Of a stretch of 64,000 bases of DNA, positions 25,196 to 34,160 are shown one piece after another. Every line of letters begins with the position of its first letter. Position 1 is the first letter of the stretch. This DNA is from an uncultured bacterium (lineage in GTDB: Bacteria; Bacillota_I; Bacilli_A; RF39; UBA660): NCBI GenBank assembly GCA_946560065.1, contig CAMNUE010000001.1, forward strand, positions 62,805-126,804, given 5' to 3'. Under the pieces are notes generated by a model. It searched no databases. It worked only from the letters and a program-made list of their open reading frames with translations, and was not told where the DNA came from. Both the position numbers and the translations under genes were made by a program.

Positions 25196-26841
25196 TGATT
25201 AAAGTTTATGATGCAGACGAGAGATTATTTGACCACAATGGATTAAAAATATTACATCCTAATAAAGCAGAAGTCTTTATAGAAGACAATGGCGACTACT
25301 ATATAACTATTGAATCATCAATTGAAGACTTACCATATCTTCAAGAAGGAATGATTATAAGAGCAAAAACAAGATGGGGAGAGCAAGGATTTAGATTAAC
25401 TAATCCAGAAAAGAAAAACACCAAAGTATCTGTAAAAGGATATCATCTTTGGAAAGACTCTCAAAACTATGTAATCCTTAATTCAAATGTCGTTGATAAA
25501 AATTGCAATGATGCATTGGATCATTTAAATAGTGCTTGTGATGTTGGTACACCTTTTACAACAATATCAGATATTACAAGGATTAATTCTACTAGAGTGA
25601 TTAGAAAAAGTTTAGAAGAGGCAATCTCAATCGTTGTTGAAAAATGGGGAGGACACTTATATAGAGATAACTGGGTTATTGGAGTAAAAGAAACAATAGG
25701 AGCTGACAGAGGCATTGTAATTAAGTATGGAAAAAACTCAACTGACATAGAGGTTAAAGAAAACTGGGATAATGTAGTAACAAAAATACTCCCAGTTGGT
25801 TATGATGGAATAACTTTGCCAGAGGTTTATCTTGAATCAGCAATGCAATATTCAATTCCTTATACAAAAGTTATTAAATTTGACCAGGATATAAATCAAG
25901 ATGATTACAAAGATGGAGATGGAAACCTAAAAGAAGATGAGTATAGAGAGGCATTAATATCTGATTTAAGAACTCAAGCAATAGCATACCTTGAGGAAAA
26001 TCAGTACTTCAAATGTAATTATAAAGTAAAAGCTCATATAGAAGGTGTAGTAGATTTAGGAGATGTAATCGTAGTAGAACATGAAAAGCTTGGAATAAAG
26101 ATAACAACAAATGTAATCTCATTAAAATATGATTGTATACGAGATAAATACACAGAGATAGAGTTTGGTAATTTTAAGACTCAATTAAAGGATCTTGTTA
26201 AAACTATAAAAGGAGATACAAAGGAACAAATATCATCAGCAAATGAAGTGGTTAAAGTAACATTAGAAAATGAACTAAATGAGGCAACCTCTAAAATATG
26301 GGGTAAGCTTGGAAACAGCTATGTTATTTATGAAGGCGATAGGATTTTGGTGGTTGATAGTCTACCAAAGGAAAAAGCTACAAACGTAATGATGATTAAC
26401 GCTCAAGGAATAGGATTCTCTAATACAGGAATAAATGGAAGATTTAATTCAGCTTGGTTAATTGATGGAACTTTAGATATGCAAAATATCAATGTTATCA
26501 ATATGACTGCCAATCAAGTAAAAGGTGGTACTTTCAAAGTCGGTGCAAAAATTAATGAGGCTGGTAGAATTGAAATCTATGATGTTTCAAACAGACTAAT
26601 TGGAACATTCGATGAAAATGGAATATGCATTTATGGAAAAGATGGAAGTAGAGTTGTAATCAATCCAGAAGAATTTACTGGGTATGACCATACAGGTGCT
26701 AAAGTTTTCTGGATGAATGGTGATGAGTTCCATATGAAGAAATCAGTAATTGAAGAAGAAATAACATTGTGTGGTCTAGCAAGATGGCTAGGAATACAAA
26801 CAACAGATAATACAGGAATTGGAATAGTTCCATTAACATAG
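25195..26841 (+). CDS. Tail-associated (Tal-like) / prophage tail endopeptidase-family protein
   Basis: Start at ATG 25195 (GAGGTGG RBS). 548 aa. Position after Dit. The N-terminal region resembles phage minor structural proteins. Confidence 0.65.
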   Translation: MIKVYDADERLFDHNGLKILHPNKAEVFIEDNGDYYITIESSIEDLPYLQEGMIIRAKTRWGEQGFRLTNPEKKNTKVSVKGYHLWKDSQNYVILNSNVVDKNCNDALDHLNSACDVGTPFTTISDITRINSTRVIRKSLEEAISIVVEKWGGHLYRDNWVIGVKETIGADRGIVIKYGKNSTDIEVKENWDNVVTKILPVGYDGITLPEVYLESAMQYSIPYTKVIKFDQDINQDDYKDGDGNLKEDEYREALISDLRTQAIAYLEENQYFKCNYKVKAHIEGVVDLGDVIVVEHEKLGIKITTNVISLKYDCIRDKYTEIEFGNFKTQLKDLVKTIKGDTKEQISSANEVVKVTLENELNEATSKIWGKLGNSYVIYEGDRILVVDSLPKEKATNVMMINAQGIGFSNTGINGRFNSAWLIDGTLDMQNINVINMTANQVKGGTFKVGAKINEAGRIEIYDVSNRLIGTFDENGICIYGKDGSRVVINPEEFTGYDHTGAKVFWMNGDEFHMKKSVIEEEITLCGLARWLGIQTTDNTGIGIVPLT

Positions 26842-26852
26842 GAGGTGATTTG

Positions 26853-28274
26853 ATGGCAAGTAGTGGTTCATTTAATACAAGTAGTTATAGTGGCAGGTAT
26901 TTAACATTTAACTGGAGCATAGCTTCACAGGATATAGGAAATAATAGAACAGTAATCAACTGGTCAGTAGTTGGTGCTGGTGGTTCAACGACATCATGGT
27001 ATAAAGCAGGTAACTTTAAAGTTGTTATAAATGGGAGTACTATATATGAAACAGGACAAAACGATAGAATAAGTTTGTATAACGGAACAACGGTAGCAAG
27101 TGGACAAGCAACAATAGGGCATAATTCAGATGGTACTAAATCTTTTAGTGCTAGTGTTGAGGCAGGTATTTATACATATGCTAGAAATGTTAGTGGAAGT
27201 GGATCATGGGCATTAACTAATATTCCAAGACAAGCTAATTTGACATCAGCACCAGACTTTAATGATGAACAAAATCCAACAATTAATTATTCAAACCCAG
27301 CAGGTAATAGTGCAAATAATCTTGATGCTTGTATTTCACTTACTGGTTCAAAAGATGATGTAGGATATAGAGCTATATCAAAAACTGGCTCGTCATACAC
27401 GTTTAATTTAACAGAGGCTGAAAGAAATGTATTAAGAAATGCCTGTACAACAAGTAACAGTAGAAGTGTTACTTTTTTTGTTAGGACAATCATTGGTGGA
27501 AATACATTCTATTCTACAATTACAAAAACTCTTTCAATAGTAAATGGAAATCCTACTTTTTCATCAAGTAATATAAGTTATAAAGATAACAATAGTACAA
27601 CAACAGCAGTTACAGGAAATAATCAACAGCTGGTTCAAAATCTTTCAAAGTTGTTAGTAACAATAACAAGTGCAACTGCAAAGAAAGGTGCTAGTATAAG
27701 TAAATATGAGGCAACTATAAATGGAGTAACAAAAACAATTACTTCAGCAGGAAATATAGACTATGGTGTGATAAATTCAAGTGAAAATTTAACATTAAGT
27801 GTAAAAGTAACTGACAGTAGAGGAAATACAACAACTGCTACTAAAACGGTTACTTTTTTAGCATGGTCATTACCATCAGCAGTAGTTTCATTAAAGAGAA
27901 AAAATAACTATGAAAACGAAACTTATTTAACAGTTAATGCATCGTATTCAAGTGTAAATAGTAAGAACTCAATAACGATTACATATGCATTCAAGAAGTC
28001 TACAGATAGTTCATATGGAAGTGCAACAACCATAAGCAATAATACAAAAGTAACTATGAGTAAGGATAAAAATTATGCGTGGAATTATCAAATAATAATA
28101 AAAGATAAGTTTGGTACGACAACATATAATGTCACACTTGCAAAAGGACAATTTATTTTATTTGTAGATACAAAAAAATTATCAGTTGGAATAAATTGCT
28201 TTCCAACTAATAATGAATCATTAGAAATAAATGGATGTCAAGTATTAGAGTATGATGTTATTTCTACATGGTAG
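26853..28274 (+). CDS. Siphovirus DUF859-like structural protein (putative receptor-binding/baseplate)
   Basis: Start at ATG 26853 (AGGAGG RBS). The N-terminus SGSFNTSSYSGRYLTFNWS..NRTVINWS matches the DUF859 pattern. Ser/Thr/Asn-rich. Confidence 0.55.
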   Translation: MASSGSFNTSSYSGRYLTFNWSIASQDIGNNRTVINWSVVGAGGSTTSWYKAGNFKVVINGSTIYETGQNDRISLYNGTTVASGQATIGHNSDGTKSFSASVEAGIYTYARNVSGSGSWALTNIPRQANLTSAPDFNDEQNPTINYSNPAGNSANNLDACISLTGSKDDVGYRAISKTGSSYTFNLTEAERNVLRNACTTSNSRSVTFFVRTIIGGNTFYSTITKTLSIVNGNPTFSSSNISYKDNNSTTTAVTGNNQQLVQNLSKLLVTITSATAKKGASISKYEATINGVTKTITSAGNIDYGVINSSENLTLSVKVTDSRGNTTTATKTVTFLAWSLPSAVVSLKRKNNYENETYLTVNASYSSVNSKNSITITYAFKKSTDSSYGSATTISNNTKVTMSKDKNYAWNYQIIIKDKFGTTTYNVTLAKGQFILFVDTKKLSVGINCFPTNNESLEINGCQVLEYDVISTW

Positions 28275-28283
28275 GAGGTTGTT

Positions 28284-28700
28284 ATGAGCAAAGCAATACA
28301 GTTTAAGAATAAAAGTGGTGAGAAGATTTATCCATGCCCTTATTATCCAATTGGTAGTGTTTATATATCTGTAAATAGTATAAATCCAGGCACTATCTTT
28401 GGAGGTACATGGGAACAAATAAAAGATAGATTTTTGTTAGCTTGTGGCAATACATATTCAAATGGTAGCACAGGTGGCGAGTCTACTCACAAATTGACAG
28501 TTGATGAAATGCCATCGCATAACCATCAACAGAGAGTTCAAAATACAAGTGGCTATGGTGGTGCAGATGGACAAGAAGCAGGAACTGGATGGGGAGGGTC
28601 ATCGCATTATGCTAACTGGAATCAGAATACTGGTGGGAGTAAGGCTCATAATAATATGCCTCCGTACCTTGCAGTTTATGTTTGGAAGAGGGTGAGCTAA
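28284..28700 (+). CDS. Tail collar fibre-domain protein
   Basis: GGESTHKLTVDEMPSHNH ... AHNNMPPYLAVYVWKR, as in the phage tail collar domain. N-terminus MSKAIQFKN is shared with the next two genes. Confidence 0.7.
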   Translation: MSKAIQFKNKSGEKIYPCPYYPIGSVYISVNSINPGTIFGGTWEQIKDRFLLACGNTYSNGSTGGESTHKLTVDEMPSHNHQQRVQNTSGYGGADGQEAGTGWGGSSHYANWNQNTGGSKAHNNMPPYLAVYVWKRVS

Positions 28701-29230
28701 TGAGTAAAGCTATAAAATTTAAAAATAATACTTATTTAGATAGCAGTTCAGTAGTTCATAATAAAGTTGCATTGAATACGATATTAACTCCAAATTATAT
28801 GATAATTGGAAAAAGCGTAGAACCGTTAAGATGGGCGGATAAAGGGACATGGGCTACGATGGATTTTAAAACAAGACTTGATTCAAATGGAACTAAACTT
28901 ACTCATTCAGGAAATGCAATAAAAATAGGAACTGGAGTATCAAAAATAAGAGTTGTGGCACAAGTTTTATATGATGGTTCAAATGTAGATGCATCAAGTA
29001 ATTATATTTTTATGAGAATAAGTCAAAACAATGTTGGAAAAAGTAAAACCATAAATGGATTTCATAGATGGGGAACATTGCATACAGAAGCAATACTAAA
29101 AGTATCTTCTGGTGATTTAATTAAATGTGATGTTCTAAAAAGTATGAGTAATGAAATAGGTTTTTATGATTATACAGGAAACTTTGGTGCAGGTGTTGGA
29201 TGTTATTTAATGGTTGAAGTTATTGAATAG
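28700..29230 (+). CDS. Fibre/receptor-binding paralogue 1 (unknown fold)
   Basis: Start at ATG 28700, overlapping the previous stop codon. N-terminus MSKAIKFKNNTYLDSSSVVHNK is near-identical to the product of 29241. Confidence 0.5.
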   Translation: MSKAIKFKNNTYLDSSSVVHNKVALNTILTPNYMIIGKSVEPLRWADKGTWATMDFKTRLDSNGTKLTHSGNAIKIGTGVSKIRVVAQVLYDGSNVDASSNYIFMRISQNNVGKSKTINGFHRWGTLHTEAILKVSSGDLIKCDVLKSMSNEIGFYDYTGNFGAGVGCYLMVEVIE

Positions 29231-29240
29231 GAGGAAGTAA

Positions 29241-29621
29241 ATGAGTAAAGCGATAAAATTTAGAAATAATACTTATTTAGACAGTAGTTCAATTACACAT
29301 AATAAAACAACTTTAAAATCAATACTAGATACATATAATGGTCGTAAGTTTTTAGAATGGAAATCAACATCATCTAAAAATTTAAATGATGATGTGTATA
29401 TAACACCAGGGTTATTTACTATTGGTGGATCATATAGTAATTGTTATACTTCTGGAACAATCTATGGAGTGTTAATGGTACTAACCAACGATGGTGGTAA
29501 ATGGAGAAAAACAGATAGCAGTAGTTGGTTGTGGCAAATAATAATAACAACAGGTGGTAGTATTTGGATGAGAAGAGGAATAAATGGTTCAGTACCAGAA
29601 GGCTGGACACAATATCACTAG
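29241..29621 (+). CDS. Fibre/receptor-binding paralogue 2 (unknown fold)
   Basis: N-terminus MSKAIKFRNNTYLDSSSITHNK; the C-terminus is unrelated to paralogue 1. Confidence 0.5.
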   Translation: MSKAIKFRNNTYLDSSSITHNKTTLKSILDTYNGRKFLEWKSTSSKNLNDDVYITPGLFTIGGSYSNCYTSGTIYGVLMVLTNDGGKWRKTDSSSWLWQIIITTGGSIWMRRGINGSVPEGWTQYH

Positions 29622-29633
29622 GAGGAAATATAA

Positions 29634-30029
29634 ATGAAGTCAATTTTTAATTTTATAACAGGTACGGTACTAACAACAGTAGTGTACTTTTTAGGAGGTT
29701 TAGATGTGGCACTAAAGACATTATTAGTTTTCATATTACTCGATTATATTACAGGAGTATGTGAAGCAATAACGAATAAAAGACTAAATAGCATAATAGG
29801 TGCTAAAGGAATAATGAAAAAGATAGGTTACTTGATAATAGTTGCTCTGGCAGTTCAGTTAGATACTATAACTGGAGAAACCGGTGCAATTAGAACTCTT
29901 GTAATCTATTTTTTCGTAGCAAATGAAGGAATATCAATTCTAGAAAATTGGGGGGCTATGGGATTGCCACTACCTAAAAAAATAATTGAAACATTAGAAC
30001 AATTAAAAGATAAGAATGGAGGAGAATAA
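29634..30029 (+). CDS. Holin (phage holin family 4 / TcdE-like)
   Basis: 131 aa with three or four TM helices. LDYITGV motif. Lies directly upstream of the endolysin. Confidence 0.8.
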   Translation: MKSIFNFITGTVLTTVVYFLGGLDVALKTLLVFILLDYITGVCEAITNKRLNSIIGAKGIMKKIGYLIIVALAVQLDTITGETGAIRTLVIYFFVANEGISILENWGAMGLPLPKKIIETLEQLKDKNGGE

Positions 30030-30030
30030 C

Positions 30031-31005
30031 ATGGAAAGAAAAGGATTAGATATATCATCTTATCAAAAAGGAATCAATTTTGATGAAATAAAGTCAAAAG
30101 TTGATTTTTTAATTTTAAGAGCTGGATTCACTGGATGGGGTGGAGATGGTACTAATAAAAATAAGGATAGTTGCTTTGAAAATTTTTATAGCAAATCAAA
30201 AGCGAGAGGAATACCTGTAGGTGCATATTGGTATAGCTGTGCTAATACTTATGAAAAAGGTAAAGCAGAAGCGGAATACTTATATAATAATTGTTTAAAA
30301 GGAAAACAATTTGAATATCCAATTTATATGGATGTTGAAGAAGATAGACACCAACAAGTAGGAAAATCAAGAATGGCAGATGCAATAAAAGGTTTCTGTG
30401 AATATTTAGAAAATAAAGGATACTATGTAGGTATTTATGCTAATAGTAATTACTTTAATAATTTCATAGATACTGCAAAATTATCTATGTATGATAAATG
30501 GCTTGCAGTATGGACTAGCAATAAGCCTTCATTTAAATATGGTGATTATGGTTTGTGGCAAAATTCATCAAGTGGTTATATTTCTGGAATGAGAGTTGAT
30601 ACAGATTATGCATATAAAGATTATCCAACTATAATTAAAAAAGCTGGATTAAATGGTTATTCAAAAGGAATACCAGAAACTCCAAAAGTCGAGCCAACAA
30701 AAAAGAGCAATGATGAAATTGCCACAGAAGTCATTAATGGAAATTGGGGTAATGGTGCTGATAGAAAAAATGCACTTACTAATGCAGGTTATGATTATGC
30801 TGTAATTCAATCAATAGTAAATGCTAGATTAGGAGTTACACCAAAACCATCTGCAAAATATCACACAGTAGTAAAGGGTGATACTTTATGGGCTATTGCT
30901 AAAAAATATTATGGTGATGGAAACAAATATCCAGAGATAGCAAGAGCTAATAATATAGCAAATCCAAACATCATAAGCGTAGGTCAAAAATTATTAATAC
31001 CATAA
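30031..31005 (+). CDS. Endolysin: GH25 muramidase + CW_7-like repeat + LysM
   Basis: Start at ATG 30031 (GGAGGAG RBS). GLDISSYQ GH25 signature, GNWGNGADRKNALTNAGYDY (Cpl-7-like), and C-terminal LysM YHTVVKGDTLWAIAKKY..GQKLLIP. Confidence 0.9.
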   Translation: MERKGLDISSYQKGINFDEIKSKVDFLILRAGFTGWGGDGTNKNKDSCFENFYSKSKARGIPVGAYWYSCANTYEKGKAEAEYLYNNCLKGKQFEYPIYMDVEEDRHQQVGKSRMADAIKGFCEYLENKGYYVGIYANSNYFNNFIDTAKLSMYDKWLAVWTSNKPSFKYGDYGLWQNSSSGYISGMRVDTDYAYKDYPTIIKKAGLNGYSKGIPETPKVEPTKKSNDEIATEVINGNWGNGADRKNALTNAGYDYAVIQSIVNARLGVTPKPSAKYHTVVKGDTLWAIAKKYYGDGNKYPEIARANNIANPNIISVGQKLLIP

Positions 31006-31007
31006 CA

Positions 31008-31040
31008 AAAGGGCAGCTTATTCGCTGTCCTTATTTTTTT
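31008..31040. terminator. Terminator hairpin between convergent genes
   Basis: AAGGGCAGC-ttattc-GCTGTCCTT (one G-U pair) followed by a T run. The downstream arm overlaps the 3' end of the minus-strand gene. Confidence 0.55.
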
Positions 31041-31362
31041 TGCTCATTTTTTCAATGAACTCTCCATACTCGGTATAGTCTTCAAATAATTTTTTGTCTA
31101 ATTCTTCAATGTCTTTTTTTGTGTAGTGAACTTTGTTTTCCCAATCACGATGTAAAGATTTAAAAAGTTTAGGAGGTTCACTTTGTTCTAACTCTGCTAA
31201 AAAATTATGTCTTGATTTAATTTGTTCTTCTAATGCTTTGATGGAAATTTCGGTAAATTTATTATTTTGTATTTCCATTAAATCTAAAAGTTTTTTGTTT
31301 AAATCTTGTGATTCTTTTAGTGCTTCGATTAGCTCTTCTTTAGACAATTTTTCATAGTCCAT
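31018..31362 (-). CDS. Hypothetical coiled-coil protein (114 aa)
   Basis: Start moved to ATG 31362 (AAAGGAGTAA RBS). Sequence MDYEKLSKEELIEALKES... No recognisable domain. Confidence 0.5.
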   Translation of the reverse strand: MDYEKLSKEELIEALKESQDLNKKLLDLMEIQNNKFTEISIKALEEQIKSRHNFLAELEQSEPPKLFKSLHRDWENKVHYTKKDIEELDKKLFEDYTEYGEFIEKMSKKNKDSE

Positions 31363-31485
31363 ACAATTACTCCTTTCCTTTTTTGCTTGATTCATAAATA
31401 GTATACCATAAAAATGGAAATTCGGCACGAAAGGTCACTTATTTTTTGTAAAAAAAATGGAATAATATCTACTAGGGTGATTGAT

Positions 31486-31719
31486 ATGAAAGAATATAAT
31501 TTCAATAAAAACATCAAGTCAGTCATATGCCAAAATATTAAAAAGTATAGAAACGAAAAGAATGTAAGACTGATGGATTTAGCTGAAGCTGTGGATGTAA
31601 CTCCTGATCATTTGAAAAGGATTGAATCTGAAAATGACAGAAACAATATATCATTAACAACCCTATATAAGATATCCATAGTTTTAGATGTCAGTATTGA
31701 AAAATTTTTTGAAGAATAA
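31486..31719 (+). CDS. XRE-family helix-turn-helix protein (77 aa)
   Basis: Start at ATG 31486. IKKYRNEKNVRLMDLAEAVDVTPDHLKRIESE is an HTH_3 pattern. Confidence 0.7.
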   Translation: MKEYNFNKNIKSVICQNIKKYRNEKNVRLMDLAEAVDVTPDHLKRIESENDRNNISLTTLYKISIVLDVSIEKFFEE

Positions 31720-31749
31720 AGAGATATGAAAGCAAAATCATATCTCTTT
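31718..31749. terminator. Bidirectional terminator
   Basis: Perfect 12-bp stem AAAGAGATATGA / TCATATCTCTTT with an 8-nt loop, between convergent genes. Confidence 0.65.
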
Positions 31750-32019
31750 TAATTTTAATGGATTTTCTTCAACTATTTCTAATTTATACTTTTCTTTCAA
31801 TATTTGTTTTATATCAGTGATAACTTTATCAGTATTTTCAAAATAGATATTGAAAACATCTGCTGCCGAATTAAAATGCTGTTTCAATGATGACGTGCCA
31901 AGAACATCTAATGAATAACCTCTTGCCAGATAAAATGCAATATAAGGTGCAGCAACATTTTCTTCAATATAATGTTCACATTCACGCACAAATTTATCTT
32001 GATTTATTTCATCGTACAT
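31738..32019 (-). CDS. Hypothetical protein (93 aa)
   Basis: AGGAGG RBS on the minus strand (ctaggagg). Preceded by promoter-like element copy 4. No recognisable domain. Confidence 0.5.
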   Translation of the reverse strand: MYDEINQDKFVRECEHYIEENVAAPYIAFYLARGYSLDVLGTSSLKQHFNSAADVFNIYFENTDKVITDIKQILKEKYKLEIVEENPLKLKEI

Positions 32020-32040
32020 AAAATTAATCCTCCTAGCTTT

Positions 32041-32078
32041 TATATATCACTCTTTTTTTTTGTAAAAAGTCAAGTGAT
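32041..32078 (-). promoter_or_regulatory. Conserved promoter-like element, copy 4 (looser, minus strand)
   Basis: The reverse complement reads ACTTGAC-TTTTTACAAAAAAAAA-GAGTGATATATA. It shares ACTTGA and GAGTGATATATA with copies 1-3, but the spacer is 2 nt longer. Confidence 0.45.
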
Positions 32079-32156
32079 AATAAAAGCTATTTTTTTTTGT
32101 TTATAGGTTAAAAATCGCATACTAATTTTTGACTGTTATTTAGGAGGTAATAGTCA

Positions 32157-32585
32157 ATGGATGAAATACAAAGACAAAAAATTAGAAAGCTAAGAAGTCA
32201 AGGTTATGGATATTTAAGAATATCATCCTTGTTAGAGATTTCTCCTAATACAATAAGATCCTTTTGCAAAAAAGAAAATATAGCAGGATACATTAAAACT
32301 GGAGAGCAATTAAGGGGAAAAGATAACCTTCAAGTGTGCAAACAATGTGGAAAGAAGTTCTATCAAATAGCAGGAAGAAAAAATAAAACTTTTTGTTCAG
32401 ATAGTTGTTGTAAGGTTTATTGGACTCTTCATAAAGATAAGCAACGTAGGTTAGTTCCACAAAAGTATAACTGCATTATTTGTAATAAAGAATACTTTGA
32501 ATACCCATCAAGGAATAGAAAGTATTGTTCTAGGGAGTGCTATTACATTAGCAAACGTAAGGTGGTGGGATCAAATGAAACTTAA
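32157..32585 (+). CDS. HTH protein with two CxxC...FCSxxC (TRASH/FCS-like) zinc fingers; candidate recombination directionality or regulatory factor
   Basis: N-terminal HTH (GYGYLRISSLLEISPNTIRSF). Fingers CKQCGKKF...FCSDSCC and CIICNKEY...YCSRECY. Lies directly upstream of the recombinase genes. Confidence 0.55.
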   Translation: MDEIQRQKIRKLRSQGYGYLRISSLLEISPNTIRSFCKKENIAGYIKTGEQLRGKDNLQVCKQCGKKFYQIAGRKNKTFCSDSCCKVYWTLHKDKQRRLVPQKYNCIICNKEYFEYPSRNRKYCSRECYYISKRKVVGSNET

Positions 32586-32739
32586 AAATGAAATAACCTA
32601 TCAAATTACAATGAGTCATTTAAAAGATATGTTAGATAAAAAGATTATTTCAATTGAAGAATACAATCAAATGATGGCTGAATTTAAAGAGAAATATACG
32701 CCAAAAATAAGCAGTTTATTCTTTGAAATAGCCCAATAA
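32575..32739 (+). CDS. Small SHOCT-like protein (54 aa)
   Basis: Start at ATG 32575 (GGTGG RBS), 11-nt overlap with the upstream gene. LDKKIISIEEYNQMMAEFKEKY resembles SHOCT-type helices often found upstream of Firmicute serine recombinases. Confidence 0.45.
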   Translation: MKLKNEITYQITMSHLKDMLDKKIISIEEYNQMMAEFKEKYTPKISSLFFEIAQ

Positions 32740-32740
32740 G

Positions 32741-32776
32741 ACTTGATATATACATCATTTAGAGTGATATATAGTA
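32741..32776 (+). promoter_or_regulatory. Conserved promoter-like element, copy 3 (upstream of serine recombinase 1)
   Basis: ACTTGATATATACATCATTTAGAGTGATATATAGTA. TGATATATA occurs at 32744 and 32765, 21 bp apart. Confidence 0.55.
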
Positions 32777-32798
32777 ATGATAAAAATGGAGGTGTAAG

Positions 32799-34160
32799 AT
32801 GCGAAAAATAACAAAATTAGAAACAAAAAACATAGAGCTTCCTAAACTTAAAAGAGTAGCTGCTTATGCAAGAGTATCAGTTGAAAGAGGCAGAACACTA
32901 CATTCTTATTCTGCTCAAGTTAGTTACTACAATGAATTAATACAAAAAAATCCAGAGTGGGAATTTGCAGGAGTTTATTCTGATTTAGGTATAAGTGGTA
33001 CAGGAATTGAAAAACGTAATGACTTTAAAAGGTTATTACAAGATTGTGAGGAAGGCAAGATTGATATTATTCTTACAAAATCTATTTCAAGATTTGCTAG
33101 AAATACAGTTGACCTTTTAAATGTAGTAAGGCACTTAAAAGAATTAGGTATTGAAGTTAGATTTGAAAAAGAAGGCATCAGTTCCTTAACAGGGGATGGA
33201 GAACTTATGCTTTCAATACTAGCTTCATTTGCTCAAGAAGAGGTTATATCAACAAGTAACAATATTAAATGGGCTATAAAAAAGAAATTTGAAAGTGGGA
33301 AACCTCAATGCAGATATAAGATATATGGGTATCGTTGGGATAGTGATAATTTAGTAATAGAACCTGAAGAGGCAAAAATAGTAAAGCTCATATTTGAAAT
33401 GTATTTAAATAAAGTATCAGCAGAAAGAATGGAGATAGAACTTAAAAAGATGGGTGTGATTGCAACTAATGGAGGATATTTTAATATTGGAACTATTAGA
33501 GATATGCTATTAAATATAACTTATACTGGAAATTTATTATTACAAAAATCCTATACACCAAATCCCTTGGTAAGAAGAAAACAAAAAAATAATGGACAAC
33601 TTCCAAAATACTATGTCGAGAATAACCACGAAGCCATAATTCCTATGGAGATGTTTATGCAAGTTCAAGAAGAAAGGAAAAGAAGAAAGGCAGAAGGTCA
33701 AAGAGCTAATTTTGGTAAAAATATAACCTGCTTTTCTTGCAGAGTTAAGTGTCCGATATGTGGCAAAAACTATATGAGAAATTCAAGGTCTAGAAGGTCT
33801 AATGGCATAAAGGCTCATATATGGACTTGTGGCACTAGATTAACTGGTGGATCAAAAGCTTGTCCAGCAAAAACTATAAATGAAATCGCACTAAAAAGGG
33901 TATCTACTAAAGTTCTTGGATTAGATGAATTTGACTCAAATGCATTTGATGAACAAATAGAAAAAGTAATTGTAATTGGTGATGATGTTTTAGAATTTCA
34001 TTTTAATGATGGAAGGATAATAAGTGAAAAATGGGAATTTAATGGTAGGAAGGAATATTGGACAGAGGAAAGAAGAAAAGAGCGAGGAGAAAAGCTAAAA
34101 AAGATTTGGAGGGAAAAAAATGTCAAAAAAAGTAACGACAATACCAGCGTTATTAAATAA
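32799..34160 (+). CDS. Large serine recombinase 1
   Basis: Resolvase catalytic domain VAAYARVSVERG..SYSAQ, ILTKSISRFARNT, recombinase domain and a Cys-rich zinc ribbon (CFSCRVKCPICG). 453 aa. Confidence 0.9.
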   Translation: MRKITKLETKNIELPKLKRVAAYARVSVERGRTLHSYSAQVSYYNELIQKNPEWEFAGVYSDLGISGTGIEKRNDFKRLLQDCEEGKIDIILTKSISRFARNTVDLLNVVRHLKELGIEVRFEKEGISSLTGDGELMLSILASFAQEEVISTSNNIKWAIKKKFESGKPQCRYKIYGYRWDSDNLVIEPEEAKIVKLIFEMYLNKVSAERMEIELKKMGVIATNGGYFNIGTIRDMLLNITYTGNLLLQKSYTPNPLVRRKQKNNGQLPKYYVENNHEAIIPMEMFMQVQEERKRRKAEGQRANFGKNITCFSCRVKCPICGKNYMRNSRSRRSNGIKAHIWTCGTRLTGGSKACPAKTINEIALKRVSTKVLGLDEFDSNAFDEQIEKVIVIGDDVLEFHFNDGRIISEKWEFNGRKEYWTEERRKERGEKLKKIWREKNVKKSNDNTSVIK

